DNA of 64,000 nt, from positions 70,130 to 134,129 of the forward strand of contig JAZOOJ010000006.1 in the NCBI GenBank assembly GCA_045655005.1, written 5' to 3'. The stretch comes from Clostridia bacterium. Its GTDB lineage: Bacteria > Bacillota > Clostridia > Christensenellales > UBA1242. The notes beneath the pieces are model-generated. The model saw only the letters and a program-made list of their open reading frames with translations, searched no databases and had not been told where the DNA came from. Below are positions 46,154 through 57,237 of this stretch, one piece after another (position 1 is the stretch's first letter; every line of letters begins with the position of its first letter). The translations under genes and the position numbers were made by a program.

Positions 46154-46687
46154 ATGTCAAATGGTAAAATTATGCTAGATGCAGTTAGAGCAACTTTTCC
46201 AATTGTGGATAAATTATGTATAGCAAGTGCAGACGAGTGCGAAAATTTGTTGCAAACTTTTGAATTGTTGCCAGAAAAAGCAATTCAAAGAATTGTAAAA
46301 GATGGGCGAATTAAGTTAGATGGTGATACTGAGCAAACCGCAGGGGATATAACCGCAATTATAGTAGGACCAGAAAGCGATTTACTTTCAAGGAAAGGAA
46401 CGATGAAAATTGCAATCAGAGGAAAGTTGTTTGGTGTGAAAAGTGATAATTCTCTCCATATTTATTGCGATAACAGACCTATACCGGGGGCGGAGTATGA
46501 AGTTTTGCATTATTCAACCTCATGCACAGAGCCTGGACAAGGGTTAAAGTATAGTCATAGGAATATTTACTTAAATGTGGGAAAAGATGGTTTGTTATCT
46601 GTGCGCGAAGAAGTTACAGGCGATGTTAAAATGAGAGGGTTCACAAGAAGTGAGTATAGAAATAAGAACGCAGAAGAAAATGAATAA
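46154..46687 (+). CDS. Hypothetical soluble protein
   Basis: 177 aa, GGGGA RBS, no recognised motif. Confidence 0.45.
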   Translation: MSNGKIMLDAVRATFPIVDKLCIASADECENLLQTFELLPEKAIQRIVKDGRIKLDGDTEQTAGDITAIIVGPESDLLSRKGTMKIAIRGKLFGVKSDNSLHIYCDNRPIPGAEYEVLHYSTSCTEPGQGLKYSHRNIYLNVGKDGLLSVREEVTGDVKMRGFTRSEYRNKNAEENE

Positions 46688-46701
46688 TTTTTATAAAACG
46701 C

Positions 46702-46730
46702 TTGACAAAGTATAAAAAAAGTATTATTAT
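46702..46730 (+). promoter_or_regulatory. Sigma-A promoter of the infC-rpmI-rplT operon
   Basis: TTGACA, 17-nt spacer, TATTAT. Confidence 0.6.
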
Positions 46731-46736
46731 ATAACA

Positions 46737-46886
46737 CGTGAAAACAAGTAGAAGTTTCTTCTCGCCAACCGAATGAAAGATTTTTGTTGGTCAATATGAT
46801 TCCTTTTCAACTAATATACGGTTGAAATTTGATTGTGTTGAATTATGCGGAGTGAAACTTTTGGGTTTCACTCTAATTTATTTTTT
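46737..46886 (+). promoter_or_regulatory. L20-leader-like attenuator of the infC operon
   Basis: About 150 nt of structured leader: helices CCAAC/GTTGG and TTTCAAC/GTTGAAA, ending in terminator GAGTGAAAC/GTTTCACTC (46850-46873) plus a U-rich tract. Its position matches the Firmicutes L20 leader. Confidence 0.55.
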
Positions 46887-46897
46887 GGAGGGATTTA

Positions 46898-47419
46898 ATT
46901 ATCGCTAAAATAGAAACTGAAATCAATCACGATATTCAAGACAAAGAAGTTCGAGTAATTGGTCCAGACGGTGAACAACTTGGGATTATGAGCAGTATTG
47001 AAGCAAACAGACTTGCTGAACAACATGAATTAGACCTTGTTAAAATTTCACCAAACGCTGTTCCACCAGTATGCAGAATTATGGATTATGGTAAGTATCG
47101 TTTTGATCAAGCAAAAAAATTAAAAGAAATCAAGAAAAGCCAAAAGATTATTGAAGTTAAAGAAATTCAACTTTCAATGACAATCGAAATGCACGATATG
47201 GAAGTTAAGGCTAAACACGCTCAAAGATTTTTACAAAATGAAGATAAAGTAAGAGTCGTTTTAAGAATGCGTGGACGTCAACAAGCATATGCAAGCAAAG
47301 GTATTGAAATCGTTAATCAATTTTGTGGATTGGTTAGTGAATTTGGCGATAAAGAAAAAGAACCAAAAGTTGAAGGCAGAAATGTTGTAACAACACTTGT
47401 GCCAAAGAAAAAGAAATAG
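46898..47419 (+). CDS. infC: Translation initiation factor IF-3 (ATT start codon)
   Basis: The frame is open back to 46877. ATT 46898 lies 5 nt after GGAGGG. The added N-terminus IIAKIETEINHDIQDKEVRVIGPDGEQLGI is the conserved IF-3 N-domain. Track ATG 46988 is internal. Confidence 0.85.
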   Translation: MIAKIETEINHDIQDKEVRVIGPDGEQLGIMSSIEANRLAEQHELDLVKISPNAVPPVCRIMDYGKYRFDQAKKLKEIKKSQKIIEVKEIQLSMTIEMHDMEVKAKHAQRFLQNEDKVRVVLRMRGRQQAYASKGIEIVNQFCGLVSEFGDKEKEPKVEGRNVVTTLVPKKKK

Positions 47420-47438
47420 TTAAAAGGAGAACAAAATT

Positions 47439-47639
47439 ATGCCAAAGCAAAAAAATAACAGTGCAGCAAAGAAAAGATTTACAATTTTGAAATCTGGAAA
47501 AATCAAAAGAGCTAAGCAAAACAAGGCTCACATCTTAACAAAGAAAGAAACTTGCAGAACAAGAAAGTTGAGAAAGGGTGGATATGTTAGCGATGCTAAC
47601 AAGAAAACCGTTCAAAAATTAGTAGGACACCAAGGCTAA
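47439..47639 (+). CDS. rpmI: 50S ribosomal protein L35
   Basis: 66-aa basic protein MPKQKNNSAAKKRF.., between infC and rplT. Confidence 0.95.
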   Translation: MPKQKNNSAAKKRFTILKSGKIKRAKQNKAHILTKKETCRTRKLRKGGYVSDANKKTVQKLVGHQG

Positions 47640-47656
47640 GAAGGGGGTAAAAGGTA

Positions 47657-48013
47657 ATGAGAATTAAAAGAGGCGTTAACGCACACAAGAAAAGAATTAA
47701 AGTTTTCAAAGCTGCTAAGGGCTACAGAGGCTCAAAGAGCAAATTATACACACTTGCTAAACAACAACTAATGAAGTCTGGTGTTTATGCATATGTTGGA
47801 AGAAAGAACAAGAAAAGAGATTTCAGAACTCTATGGATTGCAAGAATCAATGCAGAAGCAAGAGTTAATGGCTTAAGTTACAGCAAGTTCATTGACGGCG
47901 TTAAGAAGGCTGGTATTGAACTTGACAGAAAGTCACTTGCTGAAATCGCTGTTTCAGACAAGGCTACATTCGCTTCACTTTGCGACAACGCAAAGAAAGC
48001 ACTTGCTAAGTAA
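47657..48013 (+). CDS. rplT: 50S ribosomal protein L20
   Basis: [25 protein letters not shown].. is canonical L20. Confidence 0.95.
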   Translation: MRIKRGVNAHKKRIKVFKAAKGYRGSKSKLYTLAKQQLMKSGVYAYVGRKNKKRDFRTLWIARINAEARVNGLSYSKFIDGVKKAGIELDRKSLAEIAVSDKATFASLCDNAKKALAK

Positions 48014-48039
48014 TTTGAAATTTATTCAAAGGGAAAATA

Positions 48040-48807
48040 ATGAAAATTATTGAAAGTACAAATAATGCTTTAATAAAAAAATTTCGTTCGCTCTCGGTAA
48101 AGAAATACCGAGAGCAATTCTCTTTATTTATAATAGAGGGTGAAAAAGTAGTGAAAGAAAGTCTTCACTATCCCGAACTATTAGAAACTCTTGTTGTAAA
48201 TATAGAATTTAGAGAAAAATATGTAAATATAATTGAAAAATTTGACAGCAAGGTAGTATTGGTATCTAACGAGGTATATAAAAGCTTATCTAACACTGTT
48301 GAACCTCAAAACATTATGGCTATATGCAAATTTAAAAATGTAGATATAAGTCAATTTAATGCTGATAAAGTATTAGTATTGGATAAACTACAAGATCCAG
48401 GAAATCTTGGAACAATTATAAGGTCTGCGGTTGCAAGTGGCTTTAATGATGTTATTTTAATAGATAGCGTTGATCCTTATAATGATAAAACTATAAGAAG
48501 TGCAAGTGGAACAATATTTTTCCCTAAATTTTATAAACTTTCAACAAACGAATTTATTAAGTTTACAAAAGAAAATGACTGTGATATAATTGTTGCCGAG
48601 GCTGGAAAACAATCAATATTTGATGCTGAATTACAAATACCAAATAAGTTTGCATTGGTTATTGGAAACGAAGGGAATGGCGTTTCGGAAACAGTATTGA
48701 ATGCCAAAACTATGTCAATTTCAATTCCGATGGATAAAAGAGTAGAGTCGCTAAACGCAGGCGTAAGTGCAAGTATATTGATGTTTTTACTCGCAAATAA
48801 AAAATAA
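48040..48807 (+). CDS. TrmH/SpoU-family RNA 2'-O-methyltransferase
   Basis: SpoU motifs LDKLQDPGNLGTIIRSA, LVIGNEGNGVS and SLNAGVSASI. Confidence 0.8.
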   Translation: MKIIESTNNALIKKFRSLSVKKYREQFSLFIIEGEKVVKESLHYPELLETLVVNIEFREKYVNIIEKFDSKVVLVSNEVYKSLSNTVEPQNIMAICKFKNVDISQFNADKVLVLDKLQDPGNLGTIIRSAVASGFNDVILIDSVDPYNDKTIRSASGTIFFPKFYKLSTNEFIKFTKENDCDIIVAEAGKQSIFDAELQIPNKFALVIGNEGNGVSETVLNAKTMSISIPMDKRVESLNAGVSASILMFLLANKK

Positions 48808-48840
48808 GGAGGGAAAGCCCGAAACATAAGACAAGGGCAA

Positions 48841-49572
48841 ATGCAAAAGATGAGCGGACATTCAAAGTTTCATAATATTAAAAAGACAAAAGATAAAGCA
48901 GATGCAGCAAGGGCAAAGATTTTTACCAAGATTGGAAGAGAAATTGCTGTGGCTGTTAAGTTGGGTGGACCTGACCCGAATACAAATTCAAAACTTGCTG
49001 ATATTATAAGCAAGGCAAAATCTAATAATATGCCAAATGATAACATTCAAAGAAGTATTAAAAAGGCCTCTGGTGAAACCAATATGGTTGATTATACAGA
49101 TATGGTATATGAAGGCTATGGACCAGCAGGGGTTGCATTTATTGTTGAATGCTTAACAGATAATAAAAACAGAACTGCGGGCGATGTAAGACATCTTTTT
49201 GATAAGTCTGGCGGAAGTCTTGGAACAACAGGAAGCGTTTCATTTATGTTTAGCAGAAAAGGCGTGATTATAATTGAAAAACAAAATGGTCTTGAAGAAG
49301 ACAGAGTATTTGAAATTGCAATTGAAAGTGGAGCAGATGATGTTGTTACTGATGAAGATTGCTTTACAGTTTACACACCTACACAAAATTTAAACGACGT
49401 ACAAAAGGCATTCGTTGATGCAGGTATTGAAGTAGCACATGCAGAAAGCGAGATGGTTCCATCAAACTACATCGTTCCAACCGAAGACCAAATTTCTTCA
49501 ATTGAAAAACTTATTGATGGACTTGAAGAACTTGACGATGTTCAAAATGTTTATCACAACGCTGATTTTTAA
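48841..49572 (+). CDS. yebC: YebC/PmpR family transcriptional regulator
   Basis: MSGHSKFHNIKKTKDKADAARAKIFTK... is canonical. ATG 48850 is an alternative start. Confidence 0.9.
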   Translation: MQKMSGHSKFHNIKKTKDKADAARAKIFTKIGREIAVAVKLGGPDPNTNSKLADIISKAKSNNMPNDNIQRSIKKASGETNMVDYTDMVYEGYGPAGVAFIVECLTDNKNRTAGDVRHLFDKSGGSLGTTGSVSFMFSRKGVIIIEKQNGLEEDRVFEIAIESGADDVVTDEDCFTVYTPTQNLNDVQKAFVDAGIEVAHAESEMVPSNYIVPTEDQISSIEKLIDGLEELDDVQNVYHNADF

Positions 49573-49585
49573 ATATATAACATAT

Positions 49586-49617
49586 AAAACGAGTGAAAAT
49601 TTTCACTCGTTTTTTTC
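49586..49617 (+). terminator. Rho-independent terminator after yebC
   Basis: Stem AAAACGAGTGAA / TTCACTCGTTTT followed by a T-run. Confidence 0.8.
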
Positions 49618-49639
49618 TTTATTTCAATGATGGCAAAAA

Positions 49640-49778
49640 TTATACGTTTATATGTATATTAGACGAATAAATTTTTTGATTTTTTTAAAACAATTTTTGA
49701 TTTTTTTTGCTTTTTATTTGATTATTTTCTGCAAAAAGTGATAAAATATATACATCTATTATACATATAAACGTATAA
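49640..49778. repeat. Perfect 19-bp inverted repeat bracketing a 101-bp promoter-containing segment (candidate invertible switch)
   Basis: TTATACGTTTATATGTATA at 49640-49658 and its exact reverse complement TATACATATAAACGTATAA at 49760-49778. Confidence 0.8.
49718..49747 (+). promoter_or_regulatory. Sigma-A-like promoter inside the IR-bounded segment
   Basis: TTGATT, 18-nt spacer, TGaTAAAAT. Two further TTTGATT motifs lie exactly 21 and 42 bp upstream (49697, 49676) within T-tracts. Confidence 0.45.
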
Positions 49779-49798
49779 AATTTTCAAAGGAGAAAATA

Positions 49799-51457
49799 AT
49801 GAGTAAAAATTGTAAAAACGCAAAAGAAAACAATAAAAAGATTTCATTTAAACTATTAAGCAAAAAGGCACTTGCTGTTGCGATGAGTGTCGCCATTATT
49901 GGTTCGTCAGCAAGCCTTTTAACTGCTTGTGGTAGTGATGGAACAGATGGTGCGAATGGTAAAAGTGCATATGAACTTGCAGTTGAAAACGGTTATACAG
50001 GCACACTTGAAGAATGGTTAAATTCACTAGTTGGAGTAAAAGGCGAAAAGGGTGATGCTGGTGCAGTTGGCCCACAAGGAGCCACCGGAGAAACCGGTAA
50101 GGCAGGGGTGGATGTTGGAACGCTAGACAATATGAATTTTATGCATATTTCATTTGATGATGTTGAAAAATGTTTTACAAATCTTAAAAATAATTCATAC
50201 GACAGTCTTTATGACGAACCTTTCTTTGCTTGGCTAAAATCTTTACACGATACCTATGGAGCAAAATTTAGTTTATATGCTTACAACAACGCACTAACAA
50301 GCGTTCCAAACACTTATGCTGATGAATTTTTGTCGGCCAAAGATTGGTTGAAAATAGGATTACACGCAGATAGTTCAAGTTCTAACTTTGCTAGTTCCAC
50401 TTATGAACAAGGGAAAACCGCTTGGAATACATTTGTAAATAATGTTGTTAGAATTACTGGTTCATATTTAAGTGTTGATAGAATGCCAAGGCTTCATACT
50501 TTTGCAGGTAGCGAAGAGGCCCTAAAAGGTATGAGAGATGCTAGCTACGGAGCAATAGGTTTCTTGTCTGCTGATGATGCTAGGAATTCATACTACTTTG
50601 ACCAAGATACAACCGATTATCTTTATTATAACGATCATATTACTGACCACGAGAACGGACTACTATTTGTAGCAACTGATTTAAGAGCAGATTGGTTTGA
50701 AGGCACAAGTGCAAGTAATGAATATAGAGAGCCAACAAAAACATCAGTCTATGAAGAACTTGTAGAAAGATATACAAATGTTGAATATGCAAATTCAATA
50801 AGTTCATATATTTTCTTTGGACACGAATGGTTGATTTATAACGGAACTACACTTGATAGTGGCAAACAATATTTTGAAGATGTTTGTAAATTTGCACAAG
50901 ACTATGATATAGCTTTTGATTATTCTCAAAATAAAGCATTTAATCCAACATCAAACGACCTTTACCCAGAAGGAACAGCAACTGGGGGAGGAGATCAAGG
51001 ACAAGATCCTGCAGTAACAACCGTAATGTATCATAATACCGAAATGGAAGTTGTTGATAGCATTAGCGAAATGACATTTGATGGCAACTATGCACCACCA
51101 GGATCTGCGTCGGATGACTTTAAGCCAGCGACAGTTGACGGTAGAGCAACTTGTATTACATCAGTCCTTGCGGTTGATGGTGGGGAAACAATAGATTTTG
51201 TTTCTAATCTAGAAGAAGTATTTGGTTCAACAAGCTTATCTTTTGCAGTATTAGAATTTTCTTCTGCACCATTATCTCCAACAACTTTAAGTGCTTCATC
51301 AAATAATGCAGCATCAGCTAAAGCTTGGCTAACCGAAGCACATAGTTTACAAACTAATACAAGGTATGTAATTATTGCATTCAAAAATGGCGATGGCAGT
51401 GTTGACTTTAGTGCTGAACAACTAGAAAAATTGTCTCAATGTTTAATAATATCGTAA
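49799..51457 (+). CDS. Surface lipoprotein with a short collagen-like (G-X-Y)8 repeat and a large uncharacterised C-terminal region
   Basis: Lipobox LLTAC. GKSAYELAVENGYTGTLEEWLNSL is followed by GVKGEKGDAGAVGPQGATGETGKAG. The remainder (HISFDD...) is not recognised. Confidence 0.65.
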   Translation: MSKNCKNAKENNKKISFKLLSKKALAVAMSVAIIGSSASLLTACGSDGTDGANGKSAYELAVENGYTGTLEEWLNSLVGVKGEKGDAGAVGPQGATGETGKAGVDVGTLDNMNFMHISFDDVEKCFTNLKNNSYDSLYDEPFFAWLKSLHDTYGAKFSLYAYNNALTSVPNTYADEFLSAKDWLKIGLHADSSSSNFASSTYEQGKTAWNTFVNNVVRITGSYLSVDRMPRLHTFAGSEEALKGMRDASYGAIGFLSADDARNSYYFDQDTTDYLYYNDHITDHENGLLFVATDLRADWFEGTSASNEYREPTKTSVYEELVERYTNVEYANSISSYIFFGHEWLIYNGTTLDSGKQYFEDVCKFAQDYDIAFDYSQNKAFNPTSNDLYPEGTATGGGDQGQDPAVTTVMYHNTEMEVVDSISEMTFDGNYAPPGSASDDFKPATVDGRATCITSVLAVDGGETIDFVSNLEEVFGSTSLSFAVLEFSSAPLSPTTLSASSNNAASAKAWLTEAHSLQTNTRYVIIAFKNGDGSVDFSAEQLEKLSQCLIIS

Positions 51458-51470
51458 TATTAATAATTAG

Positions 51471-51500
51471 AAGGGTTGGTACTATGTCCAACCCTTTTTT
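51471..51500 (+). terminator. Rho-independent terminator
   Basis: Stem AAGGGTTGG / CCAACCCTT followed by a T-run. Confidence 0.8.
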
Positions 51501-51567
51501 GTAATTACTTTTTTCTAATTGACATTGTGAACTATAATTGCTAAAATTAAAACATAAGGAGTATATA

Positions 51568-52113
51568 ATGGTTATTCTTGGCATTGACCCAGGTTATGCA
51601 ATTGTGGGTTTTGGTGTAATTGAAAAAGATGAAAGGGGAAGACTTAAAGTTATTGATTATGGAACTATTGAAACCCCAAAAGAAGAGGCTTTTCCAGTGC
51701 GTCTTGCTATAATTGCAGATGGAATGAAAAGACTGATTGATAAATATAAGCCCGATGAGATTGCTATCGAAGAATTGTTTTTTAATAACAATATTACCAC
51801 AGGTATTCAAGTTGCCGAAGCAAGAGGGGTTTTATTGTGTACAGCCGTTCAAGAGTGTGGAGCTTTATATGAATATACTCCACTACAAATCAAGCAGGCA
51901 ATAACTGGGAATGGAAGGGCTGAAAAAAAACAAGTTCAGTATATGACGGTCGCAATTCTCGGGCTTAAATCAATTCCAAAACCAGATGATGCAGCAGATG
52001 CGTTGGCGGCAGCATTATGTCATGCACAAACCAACAAATTTATGGCAGGAAGTGCTATGGACACATTAACTACGGGTAATTGGACAAATAGGAAATATAG
52101 TCCAATGCATTAA
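51568..52113 (+). CDS. ruvC: Crossover junction endodeoxyribonuclease RuvC
   Basis: MVILGIDPGYAIVGFG.., EELFFNNN and ADALAAALCH motifs. ATG 51568 follows an AAGGAG RBS. Confidence 0.9.
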   Translation: MVILGIDPGYAIVGFGVIEKDERGRLKVIDYGTIETPKEEAFPVRLAIIADGMKRLIDKYKPDEIAIEELFFNNNITTGIQVAEARGVLLCTAVQECGALYEYTPLQIKQAITGNGRAEKKQVQYMTVAILGLKSIPKPDDAADALAAALCHAQTNKFMAGSAMDTLTTGNWTNRKYSPMH

Positions 52114-52129
52114 ATTTTAAGGAGAAAAC

Positions 52130-52729
52130 ATGTTAGCGTTTATTAAAGGAAAAATTGCAGAATATAACGAAAATTATTTGGTGGTAGAAGCAGGCGGTGT
52201 TGGGTATGAAATGACAGCAACAGCAAATGCGGTTTTTAAATTTTCGCCAGAAACAGAAGTTGTAACAGTGCCAACTTATATGGCTGTGCGTGAAGACGCT
52301 GTTACATTATTTGCTTTTGCAGACAACAATGAAAAATCTATGTTTTTAAAATTAATTACAGTTTCAGGTGTTGGACCAAAACTTGCAATTACAGTATTGT
52401 CAAGTATATCAAGCGAAGATTTGTGTATTGCAATTGCAACATCGGATTTAGGCTCATTAAGTAAGATTAAAGGACTAGGAAAGAAGACTGCTGAAAAGAT
52501 TGTTGTTGAGCTTAGAGAAAAAATTGGCAAAATTGAGAAAGGTCAAGTTAAAGGAATTGAAAGCAATACTCTTCAAATAGACGGTCAAGCGGTGGAAGAC
52601 GCCTGCATTGCACTTTCAACTCTTGGGCTTAGTAATGCAGATGCACTTAAACTTGTGCAAAAAGTTGCTGAACCAAATATGACGGCAGAAGATATTATTA
52701 AAAAGTGCTTAAAAGATATGGCGAGATAG
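52130..52729 (+). CDS. ruvA: Holliday junction helicase subunit RuvA
   Basis: MLAFIKGKI... plus HhH motifs VSGVGPKLA and IKGLGKKTAEKI. Confidence 0.9.
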   Translation: MLAFIKGKIAEYNENYLVVEAGGVGYEMTATANAVFKFSPETEVVTVPTYMAVREDAVTLFAFADNNEKSMFLKLITVSGVGPKLAITVLSSISSEDLCIAIATSDLGSLSKIKGLGKKTAEKIVVELREKIGKIEKGQVKGIESNTLQIDGQAVEDACIALSTLGLSNADALKLVQKVAEPNMTAEDIIKKCLKDMAR

Positions 52730-52741
52730 AAAGGAGATAAT

Positions 52742-53773
52742 ATGAGAGATTTTGAAGACGCAGAAAGATTTATATCAAGCAATATGATTTCAGAAGACAT
52801 CGACACCGAAGTAAGTCTTCGACCAAAGACAATGGCAGAATATGTTGGGCAAGAAAAAGTTAAAGAAAATTTAAATGTCTACATTACAGCAGCAAAGAAA
52901 CGAAAAGAAAGTCTTGACCACGTATTGCTTTATGGACCTCCTGGACTTGGGAAAACTACACTTAGTAATGTTATAGCAAACGAACTTGGTGTGCAACTTA
53001 GATTAACATCAGGTCCGGCTATTGAAAAGGCAAGTGATTTGGCAGCATTACTAACTAATTTGAATGAAAACGATGTTTTGTTTATTGATGAAATTCACAG
53101 ACTTAACCATTCGGTGGAAGAAATTTTATATCCTGCGATGGAAGACTTTGCGTTAGATTTTATTATTGGTAAAGGACCAAGCGCAAGAAGTATGCGACTT
53201 AATTTGCCGCACTTTACTCTTATTGGTGCAACAACAAAAGCTGGAATGCTAACAAATCCATTAAGAGATAGATTTGGGGTAATGTGCAGGCTTGAATTGT
53301 ATTCAACTGAAGAGCTTGCAACGATTGTAAAAAGGTCTGCAAATTTATTAAATATTAAAATTAATGAAGATGCAGCCAAAGAAATTGCAAGCAGAAGTAG
53401 AGGAACTCCAAGAATTGCAAACAGAGTATTAAAAAGGGTTAGAGATTTTGCGGAAGTTCAAGGTTCAGATGTAATCACAAAAGAACTCGCTGATCATGCT
53501 CTTTCAAAAATGGAAATTGATGACCTTGGGTTAGACTTTGTTGATAGGCGTGTTCTTGATACAATCATTAACAAATTTAATGGGGGCCCAGTGGGCTTAG
53601 AAACACTTGCTGCAATTACTGGTGAAGAGGCTGCGACGATTGAAGATTGCTATGAGCCATTTTTAATGCAGATTGGCTTTATTGCAAGAACACCACGGGG
53701 AAGAATTGCATTGGAACCTGCATATCAACATATGGGAGTAAAATTTAATCCACCAGCACCAAACAATAAGTAA
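52742..53773 (+). CDS. ruvB: Holliday junction helicase subunit RuvB
   Basis: [38 protein letters not shown]. Confidence 0.95.
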   Translation: MRDFEDAERFISSNMISEDIDTEVSLRPKTMAEYVGQEKVKENLNVYITAAKKRKESLDHVLLYGPPGLGKTTLSNVIANELGVQLRLTSGPAIEKASDLAALLTNLNENDVLFIDEIHRLNHSVEEILYPAMEDFALDFIIGKGPSARSMRLNLPHFTLIGATTKAGMLTNPLRDRFGVMCRLELYSTEELATIVKRSANLLNIKINEDAAKEIASRSRGTPRIANRVLKRVRDFAEVQGSDVITKELADHALSKMEIDDLGLDFVDRRVLDTIINKFNGGPVGLETLAAITGEEAATIEDCYEPFLMQIGFIARTPRGRIALEPAYQHMGVKFNPPAPNNK

Positions 53774-53781
53774 AATAAAAG

Positions 53782-53815
53782 CTCTTGTGATATAAAAAAT
53801 CGCAAGAGTTTTATT
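53782..53815 (+). terminator. Rho-independent terminator after ruvB
   Basis: Stem CTCTTGTGA / TCGCAAGAG followed by TTTTATT. Confidence 0.65.
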
Positions 53816-53873
53816 GATTTATTTACAGTTGTAGTGTATAATACAAAAGCACGAATTAAAGGAAGAAAAAGAA

Positions 53874-56043
<2,170 letters not shown>

Positions 56044-56122
56044 ATATTTTCACAGAAATTTCATTGCATTGTATAGTTCAATTATGGTACAATAAAAATA
56101 GTTTTATAAGGAGAATGAAAAA

Positions 56123-56593
56123 ATGTATAATTTGCTATTAAATGAAGGTGGTCAAGGTTCATCAATTATAATGCTTGTTGTTTTAGGCTTATTAATTGTT
56201 TTAATGCTTGTGCTTCCTACAATTAATCAAAACAAAAGGGTTAAAGCTTATCAAGAAATGCAAAGCGGTTTAAAAGCTGGCGACAAAGTACAAACTGTTG
56301 GTGGCATAATTGGTCGTATCGTTAGAATTAACGAAAAAGACGGAATGAAAACTTTTGTTCTTGAAACTGGCGATAAAAACAATAAGATGTATATAGAATT
56401 TAATCTTGATGCAATCGCTGGTGTTGTGACTGGTGGTCCAACAGCAATTGCAAAATCTACAAATTCATTAGAAGCTGAAACATTGGAAGAAATTAACAGT
56501 GAAAAAAGTGAGCCTACAATTGTTGATGTAGAAGATTCAGTGGAAGAAGAAAAATCCGAAGAAAAAAAGCAATCAAAAAAGAAAGATAAATAA
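56123..56593 (+). CDS. yajC: Preprotein translocase subunit YajC with an acidic/Lys-rich C-terminal extension
   Basis: TM helix plus LKAGDKVQTVGGIIGRIV core. Follows tgt as in many Firmicutes. Confidence 0.8.
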   Translation: MYNLLLNEGGQGSSIIMLVVLGLLIVLMLVLPTINQNKRVKAYQEMQSGLKAGDKVQTVGGIIGRIVRINEKDGMKTFVLETGDKNNKMYIEFNLDAIAGVVTGGPTAIAKSTNSLEAETLEEINSEKSEPTIVDVEDSVEEEKSEEKKQSKKKDK

Positions 56594-56595
56594 TA

Positions 56596-56625
56596 AAAGA
56601 GTGTACATTATCTGTACACTCTTTT
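56596..56625 (+). terminator. Rho-independent terminator
   Basis: 12-bp stem AAAGAGTGTACA / TGTACACTCTTT followed by a short T-run. Confidence 0.75.
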
Positions 56626-56699
56626 CATTATAATTAATCATATTTATTAAAACTTAAATCATATACATTAGTATATTATGTTTAAAGTGTGAGGGGTTT

Positions 56700-57098
56700 A
56701 TGGCGAAGTTCGCAAGTTATACAGAAGACAAAAATAACAAGGCATGGTTAAGTCTTACTATTGGGGCTATGGCATCAATTATTGTATCACTTGCATTAAT
56801 ATTGATTTTTGCGCTTTTAATAAAATGGTTTAATTTAAGTGATTCAGTAATTATGCCTGCTAATATTATAATAAAAATAGTTAGTATTGCAATAGGTGTG
56901 CTTTTTGTTTGTAAAGACGGTAGTCGTGGGGCGTTAAAAGGGGCAACACTTGGGGTAATATACATTTTACTTTGCTTTTGTGTGTTCTCACTATTGAATG
57001 GTGCGTTTGTGTTTACAATGTCGTTAGTATATGATAGTTTTCTTGGTTTTATTTCTGGTGCAGTTCTTGGAGTGATAGTGGTAAATTTAAAAAGATAA
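56700..57098 (+). CDS. Small polytopic membrane protein (YrzE/TIGR04086-like by position)
   Basis: 132 aa with four predicted TM helices, located after yajC. Confidence 0.4.
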   Translation: MAKFASYTEDKNNKAWLSLTIGAMASIIVSLALILIFALLIKWFNLSDSVIMPANIIIKIVSIAIGVLFVCKDGSRGALKGATLGVIYILLCFCVFSLLNGAFVFTMSLVYDSFLGFISGAVLGVIVVNLKR

Positions 57099-57112
57099 TA
57101 ACATTTTTTGCA

Positions 57113-57148
57113 ATAGTCTGAGTAAATAATTGGCTCAGGCTATTTTTT
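57113..57148 (+). terminator. Rho-independent terminator
   Basis: Stem ATAGTCTGAG / CTCAGGCTAT (one G-U pair) followed by a T6 run. Confidence 0.7.
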
Positions 57149-57237
57149 ATTTTGGGAAAACTAAAATTAATCGTTTGCTAGTTTTATTTGTGATATGGTA
57201 AAATGATATTAGTATTTAAAATGGGGGTTATCTATTA

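Noticed and set aside
51519-51541. LexA (Cheo) box or sigma-A promoter upstream of ruvC
   Set aside because: TTGACA and TATAAT are separated by only 8 nt. The GAAC-TATA-ATTG sequence matches only the left half of CGAAC-N4-GTTCG.
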